This document shows, piece by piece, positions 15,288 to 23,765 of a DNA stretch of 32,000 nt (the first letter of the stretch is position 1; the number at the start of each line of letters is the position of its first letter). The position numbers and the translations under genes are program-made. Where the stretch lies: the NCBI RefSeq assembly GCF_000015225.1, contig NC_008698.1, positions 1,749,890 through 1,781,889 of the forward strand, given 5' to 3'. Origin of the DNA: Thermofilum pendens Hrk 5 (GTDB taxonomy: Archaea; Thermoproteota; Thermoprotei; Thermofilales; Thermofilaceae). The notes under the pieces are model-generated. The model was not told the origin of the DNA, did not search any database, and saw only the letters and a list, made by a program, of their open reading frames with translations.

Positions 15288-16470
15288 GAGTTTCCCTCAC
15301 GCTCCCGGATAGGAGTAGGGCCGCGAGCGATACGAGCGCGAAGACCACTAGCGGTATGCTCGGGTCTCCTACGACGGCTCCTATCGACTGGTAAACGGCT
15401 ATCGCCACGAAGCCGACCATGTTTACGAACGCCAGCGTCGTCCCCGAGAACTCCGGGCTGTACGCCTCGCGGGAGAGGGGAGGTATCACCATGTGGGTTG
15501 CCGCCACCACGCCGAGTAGCAGGAAAATGGCTTCGAGCTCCGCGAGACCTAGGCTTAGCCTGCTAGCCACCAGTAGGCCGACCCACGCTAAGAAGTGTAG
15601 AACTATCCCGGCGAGCAGGACGGGCTTCCTCTTTTTCAGCACGGCGTCGCTGACGTAGCCGACTAGGGGTACGGATACTAGGAAGGCTAGCGCCAGGAGC
15701 AGTAGGAGGAGTGGGGTTTCCCGCCTGTACTCCGGGAAGTACCTAGACACGTAGATCGACGCCCAGAGCGACTGGAACGCCAGCACAGCCGAGTAAGTGC
15801 CCGCGAAGGCTAGCGCTAAAGCGATTGAATGCCGGGATCTAGCGACCACCTTCAACTGCCTGAGCGTCTCCGCGAGCCCCCTCTTCAAGGAGCCGCGGGA
15901 TATCCCGGGGTCGTTTATCCCCAGGAAAGCCGCGACGCTTAAGATAAAGGCGGCGACGGCGAGGTACAGGAAAACCGCCCGGAGCCCCACAGCGTCTACG
16001 GCCTCCCTGAGAGGCGCAGTGGCAAAAAGGGCTCCCAGGTTTCCCACCGCGAGGGCAAGCCCTGTGAGCGTTGCTCCGACGTTTTTCTCGGCGTACACGC
16101 CTATGACGCGCTGGAGGGAAACCCACACGGAAGCCGCGCCGACCCCTATCACGAGCCTACCCACTAGAATCAGCGTCGGGTCGCACGTTGAAGCTAACGC
16201 TGATCCCAGGCCGAGCAGGAGCATGCTGGTTCCCACGTACCTCTTCGCCCCGAGAGCGTCCGCCAGAATTCCGGCTGGAAGTTGCATAGCCGCGTACGTG
16301 TAGAAGTAGGCGGCGGCAACGATCGATGTGAAGGCTGCCGGCGGGAGGCCGTGAGCGCTGGCTATCCCTCCAAGCTCCTCCTGGACTACTCCCGTCATCG
16401 TCCTGTGGACGTACACCAGGAAGTACGCTACGTACAGTGAGGTAATCGAGTACAGTAACTTCCTCTCCAC
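15280..16470 (-). CDS. MFS-type transporter (about 12 TM)
   Basis: Hydrophobic 396-aa protein with two 6-TM halves. GTG start with an A/T box 28 nt upstream. Confidence 0.8.
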   Translation of the reverse strand: MERKLLYSITSLYVAYFLVYVHRTMTGVVQEELGGIASAHGLPPAAFTSIVAAAYFYTYAAMQLPAGILADALGAKRYVGTSMLLLGLGSALASTCDPTLILVGRLVIGVGAASVWVSLQRVIGVYAEKNVGATLTGLALAVGNLGALFATAPLREAVDAVGLRAVFLYLAVAAFILSVAAFLGINDPGISRGSLKRGLAETLRQLKVVARSRHSIALALAFAGTYSAVLAFQSLWASIYVSRYFPEYRRETPLLLLLLALAFLVSVPLVGYVSDAVLKKRKPVLLAGIVLHFLAWVGLLVASRLSLGLAELEAIFLLLGVVAATHMVIPPLSREAYSPEFSGTTLAFVNMVGFVAIAVYQSIGAVVGDPSIPLVVFALVSLAALLLSGSVRETLS

Positions 16471-16491
16471 GCGGAAATAGGGGATGGACTA

Positions 16492-16507
16492 GTTTAAAAA
16501 TTTTTAG
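16492..16507 (-). promoter_or_regulatory. Palindromic A/T box (TATA-like) for the MFS gene
   Basis: CTAAAAATTTTTAAAC on the minus strand, centred about 28 nt upstream of the GTG at 16470. Confidence 0.45.
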
Positions 16508-16540
16508 AGAACGAACGGGATCCTGCATACCTACGTCAAG

Positions 16541-17950
16541 TCAGTGGTGAGCGTGTCTTCTCCACTCTCCGGGCTCGTGTAGGTGGAAGAAGGCCCTCTC
16601 CACGACCTCTGAGAGGGCGGGGTGTATGTGCATGCCTTCGTATATAGGCTCCGCCGTCCCGTCGCCGGCGTACATCAGGTTCACTATTTCCTGTATCAGT
16701 ATGGATGCTTCTGGGCCTATTATGTGGGCTCCCAGGATTCTGAACGTATCCCTGTCTAGTATCACCTTCACGAAGTAGTCGTGAAGCATCATAGCCTCTC
16801 CCTTCGCTGTCTCCTCGTAGCCGGCGATGCCTACGAGTATGTCGTACTTCTTCGCCGCCTCCTCCTCTTTAAGCCCTACGCTCGCGACTTCCGGCTCTGT
16901 GAAGACAGCGTGGGGAACCGCGTGGTACCTCGCCTTTACGTTCTCCCCCCTGAAGGCGTTCCTGTACACTATCACGCTTTCGTAGTTAGCCTTGTGCTTG
17001 AACATCATCTTGCCCGTCGCGTCTCCGAAAGCCCATACACCGTCCTTAGTCGTCCTGAGATATTCGTCGACCAATATCCACCCCTTCTCGTCCGTCTTCA
17101 CGCCGGTCTTCTCGGGCCTTGTTATGTCGCTGTAGGACTCCCTGCCGGCGGCCATTAGTATGGCGTCAGCTTCGAACTCCACGTTATCCCCAGTAGCCTT
17201 ATTCTCAGCTACCACTATCTGCCTCTCCCCGCTCCTGCGAAACTCCACCACCTCGTGGAGCGTTCTGATGTCCATGTACCTTGAAAGATCCCTCGCCAGG
17301 AGCTCCGAGATCTCGGGCTCCTCCTCGGGGAGGATCCTCTCCCTCCTCTGCAGTACGGTGACCTGGCTACCCATCATCGCCAGGAAGAAGCCCAGCTCCA
17401 GCCCCACGAACCCTCCGCCTATAACGACCGTTCTCCTCGGGAGCTTCCGCAACTCCCTGAAGAAGTTGTCGTTCGTGTAGTACTTAACCTCCTCTACTCC
17501 TGGAGCCTTGACTACGTGGGGCCTAGACCCCGTGCAGAGGAGTATCGTGTCCCCCTCTATCTCCCTGCCCCCAACGTCCACTGTGTAGTCTCCGACAAAC
17601 GTGCCGTCAACTTGGTAGAGGTCTATCAGCGGGTGGTGTTTCAGCGAGTGCTCTATCTCCTTGCTCTCGGCGTATATCCTCCTCCACACGCGCTCCATGA
17701 CTCCTGTGAAGTCAACCCCCGCCAGGCTTACCTGGATGCCGAACTTCTCGGCTTCCTTTATGCGCCTAATGTTCCTGGCGACTTCCAGTAGCATCTTGGA
17801 GGGGATACAGCCCCTCGTTAAGCAGATTCCTCCGACCATGTTGTTCTCTATTACGGCGAACCTCAGCCTTTTTCCCTCGTTTATGAGCTCCGATACAATG
17901 TTCATAGCCGAGCCTGTACCGAATACTATCACGTCGTAGTGTTTTACCAT
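16541..17950 (-). CDS. Class I FAD-dependent pyridine nucleotide-disulfide oxidoreductase (Lpd / mycothione-reductase-like), substrate unknown
   Basis: YDVIVFGTGSAMN FAD motif. Redox-active GGICLTRGCIPSK (CxxxxC). Second Rossmann motif VVIGGGFVGLE. C-terminal HIHPALSEV His-Glu dyad. Confidence 0.85.
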   Translation of the reverse strand: MVKHYDVIVFGTGSAMNIVSELINEGKRLRFAVIENNMVGGICLTRGCIPSKMLLEVARNIRRIKEAEKFGIQVSLAGVDFTGVMERVWRRIYAESKEIEHSLKHHPLIDLYQVDGTFVGDYTVDVGGREIEGDTILLCTGSRPHVVKAPGVEEVKYYTNDNFFRELRKLPRRTVVIGGGFVGLELGFFLAMMGSQVTVLQRRERILPEEEPEISELLARDLSRYMDIRTLHEVVEFRRSGERQIVVAENKATGDNVEFEADAILMAAGRESYSDITRPEKTGVKTDEKGWILVDEYLRTTKDGVWAFGDATGKMMFKHKANYESVIVYRNAFRGENVKARYHAVPHAVFTEPEVASVGLKEEEAAKKYDILVGIAGYEETAKGEAMMLHDYFVKVILDRDTFRILGAHIIGPEASILIQEIVNLMYAGDGTAEPIYEGMHIHPALSEVVERAFFHLHEPGEWRRHAHH

Positions 17951-18009
17951 ACTACGCTCAAGGAAAATATCCCGTTAGGCTTATTTAACTCATTGGTATA
18001 AATTAAGCT

Positions 18010-18933
18010 ATGTCAGGCCTTAAAGAAGTCCTTCGGAGAAGGCTCCCGCTCCTGCTGATAGTAGCCGTAGTCATTCTCGGAGCCGTCCTGGTGTTGCTCC
18101 GCCAGGGAGCAACGCAGACCAGGCTGACACCCTATATCGCGCAGATAACGATAAAGGGAACCATAGACTACGCCTCCAGCTCTATATTCGGCGCCACGCC
18201 GGGCGTAGAGGAGTACATAAAGCTCGTAAAGCAGGCCGAGGAGGACCCGATGGCCAAAGCCGTACTACTCGTCTTCGACAGCCCCGGGGGAACAGTTACA
18301 GCCTCGGACGAGCTCTACCAGGCGGTCAAAGAGCTTTCCCAGAAGAAGGTTGTAGTCTCCTACGCAAAGGGGCTACTCGCGAGCGGGGCGTACATGGCTG
18401 CCCTCCCGTCCCGCGCGATACTCGCGAGCCCTACCAGCGAAGTGGGCTCCGTCGGCGTGATAGTGACTGTCCTTAACGTCGGGAACCTCCTCGGAAAGAT
18501 AGGAGTCACCGTGTATACCTTCAAGTCGGGAGAGCTGAAGGACGTAGGATCCCCCTACAGGCCGATGACCGAGGAGGACGCCAAGGTCTTGGAGGAGATG
18601 GTGAACTACTACTTCGGGCTGTTCAAGGGCAGGGTTCTCGAACACAGGGGCAACGTGAGCAGCGAGGTTTTCAGCGGGAGACCTTTCACGCCCGACAAGG
18701 CGTTGCAGGCTGGCCTGATAGACAAGGTGTGCACCTACCAGGAGGCTGTTAACTACACGCGGGCGCTAGCCAACCTACCGGAGACCGCTGAGGTAGTCGA
18801 GCTCAAGCCGAGGACCCCAACGCTCCTCGACCTGCTACTCGGAACTTACTCCGGCGCCGGCAACAGGCTCGTCATACCGAGCATCGTGGTACTCTACATG
18901 TGGCCGCCGCCTGTCGCCGTGATCCTTCCTTGA
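18010..18933 (+). CDS. sppA: Signal peptide peptidase SppA (S49 family, short type)
   Basis: N-terminal TM anchor, FDSPGG, nucleophile region LLASGAYMAA, and lysine region SGELKDVGSP. Confidence 0.85.
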   Translation: MSGLKEVLRRRLPLLLIVAVVILGAVLVLLRQGATQTRLTPYIAQITIKGTIDYASSSIFGATPGVEEYIKLVKQAEEDPMAKAVLLVFDSPGGTVTASDELYQAVKELSQKKVVVSYAKGLLASGAYMAALPSRAILASPTSEVGSVGVIVTVLNVGNLLGKIGVTVYTFKSGELKDVGSPYRPMTEEDAKVLEEMVNYYFGLFKGRVLEHRGNVSSEVFSGRPFTPDKALQAGLIDKVCTYQEAVNYTRALANLPETAEVVELKPRTPTLLDLLLGTYSGAGNRLVIPSIVVLYMWPPPVAVILP

Positions 18934-20336
18934 AGCTCGGGCATAGGTCCGTCCGCCCTGAAGTAGGCCCAGGCGGAGGAGGCGAGGAACAGGAGGGACA
19001 GGAGGACTTGCACCGAGTTCTGCATCACTATACCCACAGCCAGAGACGCGGAGAACCACGCGGATAGGTAAACCGGAAGAGCCTCCTTTTTCTCGGCGGC
19101 CTCCTTCTTTCCCTTCGGCGTGACCTCGAAGGAATAGCTAAGCCCGAGCAACCCCCTTACGGACGCGAGTGCGAGGACGGGGACAAGCGTAGCGATTATA
19201 GCCGCGAATCTACCCAGGTTCACCAGGCTCTCCTTTAAGCTCGACCCTACCCTGACGAGCTTCGAGTAGAGGTAGAGATACAGCGGTACGACGACAACGA
19301 ACGGTGCAAGCGCGAGGGACAAAGCCGTGAGGAGACCCCCTAAGCCCACCCGCGGCTCGAGCAACCCTAGAAACGGTAGCACTGCGACGGCTAGCGCCGG
19401 CGGAATAGTCAGCGCCGGTAGGGACATGTAGGCCAGCATTTCTAGCCGCACGTGTAGCGGTAGCCCTCCGTGCTTGAGTACGCGTAGAAACGACCTCCTA
19501 AGGACGTCGCTCGTGCCGTACGACCAGCGCCTCTGCTGTTTCTTGAACGCTCCTAGGGTCGACGGCACCAGGACTTTCAAGCGTGAACCGCTGAGCAGGC
19601 GTGTCCTGTACCCTCCCAGCGCGAGCTTCACCCCCATCCATATGTCGTCCTGCACGATGCCGTCGCCCCACCCGCCGACGTCCAGGACTACCTTCCGAGG
19701 GTAAACCGTCCCAGAGCCGAGCGGAAATACGTAAAAGCCAGCCCTCGATCTCAGCTCGTAGAGGACCTCCGTCCCTAGATCCGTGAAGAACTTGACGGCC
19801 TCCGCGAGCCTTGTCCTGTAGGCGTAGTACCCCTCCCACGGGACAACCAGCGCGCCGTCGCTTAGCGTGTTGCGGCAGAGCTTCTCGGCAACGCACGGAT
19901 CCACCACGGCGTCCGCATCGAGTATCATTAGGTGGCTACTCGAGGAGGAGGCAAAGTAGTCGTCTAGGGCGCCAGTCCTCCCGCCTCTGCGCTCCCTCCT
20001 CCGCCACACGGCTACTCCCGGCGCGTCACTCACGAGCCGGCTCAGCGCCTCCACGTACTCCGCGCTGTCGTCCGAGAGTATCGTTAGACGCGCGAAGCAG
20101 GGGGCGCGCGAAAAGGCTTCGAAGTCCCTCTTGGACACGCTTGCCACGAGGTCCAGCGGCTCGGAGTATACGGGCATGACTACTTCCAGCGACTGGGGTG
20201 CCTCGCCCCCCACCGGTGGGGCGTCCTCCCTCCTCAGGTAAGCCGCCGCGAAGATAACCAGCTCGTAGAGTAGCAAGAGGAGTAGGGGTACGGCGATGAG
20301 TAGGAGGACTATGATGCTTGCAAGCAGGGAGACCAC
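18894..20336 (-). CDS. Integral-membrane processive family-2 glycosyltransferase (cellulose-synthase-like, QxxRW type)
   Basis: VVMPVYSEP, ILSDDS, ILDADAVV (DxD), VQDDIWMG (TED-like), FKKQQRRWSYG (QxxRW). N-terminal TM segment(s) and about 5 C-terminal TM segments. Confidence 0.85.
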   Translation of the reverse strand: MVSLLASIIVLLLIAVPLLLLLLYELVIFAAAYLRREDAPPVGGEAPQSLEVVMPVYSEPLDLVASVSKRDFEAFSRAPCFARLTILSDDSAEYVEALSRLVSDAPGVAVWRRRERRGGRTGALDDYFASSSSSHLMILDADAVVDPCVAEKLCRNTLSDGALVVPWEGYYAYRTRLAEAVKFFTDLGTEVLYELRSRAGFYVFPLGSGTVYPRKVVLDVGGWGDGIVQDDIWMGVKLALGGYRTRLLSGSRLKVLVPSTLGAFKKQQRRWSYGTSDVLRRSFLRVLKHGGLPLHVRLEMLAYMSLPALTIPPALAVAVLPFLGLLEPRVGLGGLLTALSLALAPFVVVVPLYLYLYSKLVRVGSSLKESLVNLGRFAAIIATLVPVLALASVRGLLGLSYSFEVTPKGKKEAAEKKEALPVYLSAWFSASLAVGIVMQNSVQVLLSLLFLASSAWAYFRADGPMPELQGRITATGGGHM

Positions 20337-20337
20337 C

Positions 20338-20997
20338 CTAGTCCTCCGTGTCCTCCGGTAGGTTCTTCTCTCTTTCCAAGCCCGGTTGCCCAGTCCTCAC
20401 GCGTACGAGCGCGTCGAGGTATTCGCCGAAGAACGCCCAAGCCGCAAACGCTCCCACCAGGAAGCCTATCCCTATGGCTATTCCAAGGGCCAACGCCAGT
20501 TTTATCTCGTTGCTCAGAGAGGCGAGGTCGACTATGAGCAGTGTTACGACGAGCAGGCTCATCATGACGAAGAACCTCTCCGTCTTCCTCTCCATACGCA
20601 TCGACTTCACTAGCGCGTCTATCACGACGAACGAGAACAGCGAGAGAACAGCCACGCTTCCAATCCTGGATATGTAGGATAGTGCCTCGCGGTAGGCCTG
20701 AGAGTACTCCGGCACGAAGACTCTGACCACGAGCGCGGCAGAGGAGGTTAAGATACCCGCGTCCGCGACGAGCACGAGTAGCGTGCTCAGAGGTATCCTG
20801 GTGCCCTCGGGGAGGCTTTTCCTCAAGTACTCGTCCAGCCTGGCGACGCTCACCAGCCACCTTATGCTCTTATTGACGAGCTTTACTACGAGGAGCGTAA
20901 CGAAAAGTATGAGCGTAGCCAGGCCTACCTTGGGTGCCAGCGCTGCTATCTCGATTACGACCTGCTGGAAGAGCTGTACCACGTCCCACTCGGGCAT
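20338..20997 (-). CDS. Small polytopic membrane protein, resembling the conserved TM-helix region found N-terminal to MscS-type channels
   Basis: 219 aa with 4-5 hydrophobic segments and an acidic tail (EKNLPEDTED). Start lies 2 nt after the upstream stop. Its stop lies 1 nt before the GT2 start. Confidence 0.7.
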   Translation of the reverse strand: MPEWDVVQLFQQVVIEIAALAPKVGLATLILFVTLLVVKLVNKSIRWLVSVARLDEYLRKSLPEGTRIPLSTLLVLVADAGILTSSAALVVRVFVPEYSQAYREALSYISRIGSVAVLSLFSFVVIDALVKSMRMERKTERFFVMMSLLVVTLLIVDLASLSNEIKLALALGIAIGIGFLVGAFAAWAFFGEYLDALVRVRTGQPGLEREKNLPEDTED

Positions 20998-20999
20998 TT

Positions 21000-22328
21000 T
21001 CAGCCACCGATAAAGAGTGCCTCGAACCTATAAATAGTGTACAGCAAGAGGAGGAGGGCTACCAGCGCCAGGGTCTCGATAAACGTCCTAACGAACTCCC
21101 TGGAGGCCTGCACCGTGAAGACATAGCCCACCAAGCTTATCGAGTATATCATTCTGCTAAACTCGTAGGCCTTTCTCTCAGGTACTATCGCCGTCTCCGG
21201 AATCGCCACGAGAGCCAAGACTGTTGCGACCAGCTTCAAGGCCGCGGCTAGGAGGAGCCCGAGGAAGGGGCTTCTCGCCAGCGTTAGCGCAACGAGCGAT
21301 GCTACGAGAAGGCCCAGGTAGTTCCCCGCGGTCATGTAGGCGCTTGCGCGCACGCGCCCCATGTGCGAGTTTATCTCAGCGAAGATCTGCATTGCGAGGA
21401 GGTTTGCAGCCATGAACGTTAACGACGTGAAAAACGATAGCCCTACGTGCATGCCCGGCAGGGGTAGAAACGGTATCACGGCTGTTAAGACGGTGTTGGC
21501 TACGAGCCCGGCTACATATGCTTTGTAGCCCTTTATCACCAGGGAGCCGATCACTCCGCCGATGTTACCTGTAATGCTGAGTGCGAGGCTCACGTAGAGA
21601 GGGGCTCCCATGTCCTTGAGGAGGGGTGCCCAGGAGAGACCTACCAGGTTGCTCCCTGCCAGCATGAAGGTCAGGACGAGGAATGCCTGGCTACCGCGTA
21701 TCAGAACCTCCTCGGAGGCCCTTCCTCCCGTTTCCACTATCTGCTTAGGGTAGGCGGGTACGAGTAGCAACGCGACCGAGCTACCCAGGCCAACTACGAA
21801 TGCCGTCACATAGGAGACGTAGTAGCTCTGAGGCGCCGGTAGAACCGCGGAGACCGCGGTCATGTAGATGGCGCCTAGAAGGGAAGCCGCCGTGCCCGCC
21901 GCGGACCTCCACACAGAGACCTTCATAACTTCCCCCACGTCGCCGAAGTACGAGTATATCAGGGATCCCAGGAATATGCTGACAACGGCGGAGACAGCGT
22001 TCCCAAGCATGTACAGGAACGCTACCACTATGGGCTTCTCCAGGAAGAAGGGCAACGTGAGCCATACGAACCTCTCGGCTATGTGGGTGGCCAGGGACAG
22101 GACCTTGAACCTCCGCGTAGCCTCCTCAGGGTACTTGTAGAGACCCCACGATAAGGCCGCCCCGCTAATGGACGTCGGCAGGAAGACTAGTGCCATGTTT
22201 TCAAGGCTGTAGCCACTGTAAGCCATCATCGGGACGAACAGGCCGCGGGTAACCGCGACGTAGAAGCCTCCGAGAAGCGCTTCTAGGACTAGCAGAACTC
22301 TCGCTAAAGCCTTCTCGGTGTTCGACAC
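21000..22328 (-). CDS. Polytopic membrane protein (about 12 TM, MFS-like topology), candidate exporter
   Basis: 442 aa, hydrophobic throughout. GTG start 14 nt after the galU-like stop, preceded by GAGAGGGGA. Confidence 0.75.
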   Translation of the reverse strand: MSNTEKALARVLLVLEALLGGFYVAVTRGLFVPMMAYSGYSLENMALVFLPTSISGAALSWGLYKYPEEATRRFKVLSLATHIAERFVWLTLPFFLEKPIVVAFLYMLGNAVSAVVSIFLGSLIYSYFGDVGEVMKVSVWRSAAGTAASLLGAIYMTAVSAVLPAPQSYYVSYVTAFVVGLGSSVALLLVPAYPKQIVETGGRASEEVLIRGSQAFLVLTFMLAGSNLVGLSWAPLLKDMGAPLYVSLALSITGNIGGVIGSLVIKGYKAYVAGLVANTVLTAVIPFLPLPGMHVGLSFFTSLTFMAANLLAMQIFAEINSHMGRVRASAYMTAGNYLGLLVASLVALTLARSPFLGLLLAAALKLVATVLALVAIPETAIVPERKAYEFSRMIYSISLVGYVFTVQASREFVRTFIETLALVALLLLLYTIYRFEALFIGG

Positions 22329-22342
22329 GCGGATCCCCTCTC

Positions 22343-23242
22343 TCAGGGCTTGCCGGCGCCGATCCCCAGCTCGCTTAGAATCTCCGACAGCTTGTCCGCG
22401 CCCAACGCGTGTTTAAGTGAAACTAGGGCGGCTCTCAGGAAGGTTTCCCAGGTTCCAATGTCGATCCAGTCCGCTTCAGCCTCGTACGCGTAGAACTGGT
22501 AGCCACTCCTGATGAGTATCTGGATGGAGTCCGTCACCTCGAGCTCTCCTCTAGGGCTTGGCGTCGTCTGCTCTATGGCCCTGAATATCTCCGGGGGGAA
22601 GATGTAGAGCGACGTGTTCGCGAGGTACGAGAGGGGTTCGCGCGGCTTCTCGACTATGCCTTCAACCCTGTAGATAGACGTGTCCACCCTGCTTCCGATG
22701 ACTACCCCGTACCTCCGCGGATCCCTAACCCTCTTCACTGCGAGCATGGGGGACCTCAGCCTATCGAAGTATTCCAGCAACCTCCTCGGTATGTTCTCTC
22801 CAAGGAAAAGGTTGTCGGTAGCCGCCGCCATGAAGTAGTCATCCCCGACGAAGCCTTTAGCCATGTACACCGCGTGCCCAGTCCCGCGGGGCACCGGCTG
22901 ATTCACCCACGTGATGTAGGACTTCTCCACCTTCTCGTAGAAGTCCCTCAGCAACTCCGCGTAGTCGTTCTTGCCAGTTTTCTCCAGGTACTCTACGAAG
23001 TCCCAGTCCGGCGTGAAGTGATCCTCGATCACCCTCTTCCCGCGTCCAACGACGAAGCAAAACTCCCTTATCCCGGCTTCGTAGAACTGCTCGAAGACGG
23101 CCTGAATAACGGGCTTGAGGTACACCGAGTTGTTAACGCCGAAGAATACAGGGAGCATCTCTTTGGGCATCTCCTTGCTATACGGAACCAGTCGCGTACC
23201 CAGACCCGCCGCTAGAAGTACTCCTTTGGACAGCGAAGGCAT
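22343..23242 (-). CDS. galU: UTP-glucose-1-phosphate uridylyltransferase-like sugar nucleotidyltransferase
   Basis: LLAAGLGTRLVPYSKEMPKEMLPV N-terminal signature, VVGRGKRVIEDHF, and PRGTGHAV. Confidence 0.8.
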   Translation of the reverse strand: MPSLSKGVLLAAGLGTRLVPYSKEMPKEMLPVFFGVNNSVYLKPVIQAVFEQFYEAGIREFCFVVGRGKRVIEDHFTPDWDFVEYLEKTGKNDYAELLRDFYEKVEKSYITWVNQPVPRGTGHAVYMAKGFVGDDYFMAAATDNLFLGENIPRRLLEYFDRLRSPMLAVKRVRDPRRYGVVIGSRVDTSIYRVEGIVEKPREPLSYLANTSLYIFPPEIFRAIEQTTPSPRGELEVTDSIQILIRSGYQFYAYEAEADWIDIGTWETFLRAALVSLKHALGADKLSEILSELGIGAGKP

Positions 23243-23317
23243 AGATCCTCACGAGCACTATAAATCGGAAAATATAAACATCTAACACTCACAAGCAGAG
23301 CAACGCGCTACGAAAAG

Positions 23318-23327
23318 CATTTTTACC
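23318..23327 (+). promoter_or_regulatory. TATA-like box for the SOR gene
   Basis: CATTTTTACC centred about 32 nt upstream of the ATG at 23355. Confidence 0.45.
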
Positions 23328-23354
23328 TTGGCGAACCAATAGAATTCGATAAGC

Positions 23355-23732
23355 ATGCCTAAGAAATTCGGAGACCTAATATATACTCCGGAGACAGCGA
23401 GCGGAGAAGCCATTTCGAAAGTTGAGACGCACACACCCAGGATAGAGGCGCCGGACTCCGTGAAAGCCGGGGAACCCTTCTACGTAAAGATATACGTTGG
23501 ACCCCACCCGAACACCCTGCAACACTCTATTCGGTGGATCGAGGTATACTTCGAGGAGGAAGGGAGGCCGTTCAACCCGGTAATGCTGTCGCGAATACAC
23601 CTAGAGCCTGAGCTCGTAGAACCCGAAGTCACGCTGAAGCTGGTACTGAAGAAAAGCGGAGTGATCTACGCGTTGGAGTACTGCAACCTGCACGGAGTCT
23701 GGGAGGGGAGGAAGCAGGTTAAAGTTCAGTAA
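23355..23732 (+). CDS. sor: 1Fe superoxide reductase (neelaredoxin type) with E-T-H instead of E-K-H
   Basis: VETHTPRIE, HPNTLQHSIRWIEVYF and YALEYCNLHGVWE align with Fe ligands of the Pyrococcus-type SOR (GEKHVPVIE, HPNTTEHHIRYIELYF, YALSYCNIHGLWE, from memory). Confidence 0.9.
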   Translation: MPKKFGDLIYTPETASGEAISKVETHTPRIEAPDSVKAGEPFYVKIYVGPHPNTLQHSIRWIEVYFEEEGRPFNPVMLSRIHLEPELVEPEVTLKLVLKKSGVIYALEYCNLHGVWEGRKQVKVQ

Positions 23733-23765
23733 AAAAAGATAAATTTTCGAAAACATTTTTTATTC

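Noticed and set aside
20514-20565. Second C/D-box-like pair (AUGAUGA ... CUGA, 52 nt) on the minus strand.
   Set aside because: It lies inside the coding sequence of the 219-aa membrane protein (the C box is just the codons for VMMS). It has no recognisable C'/D' boxes. One such chance pair is expected in a window of this size.
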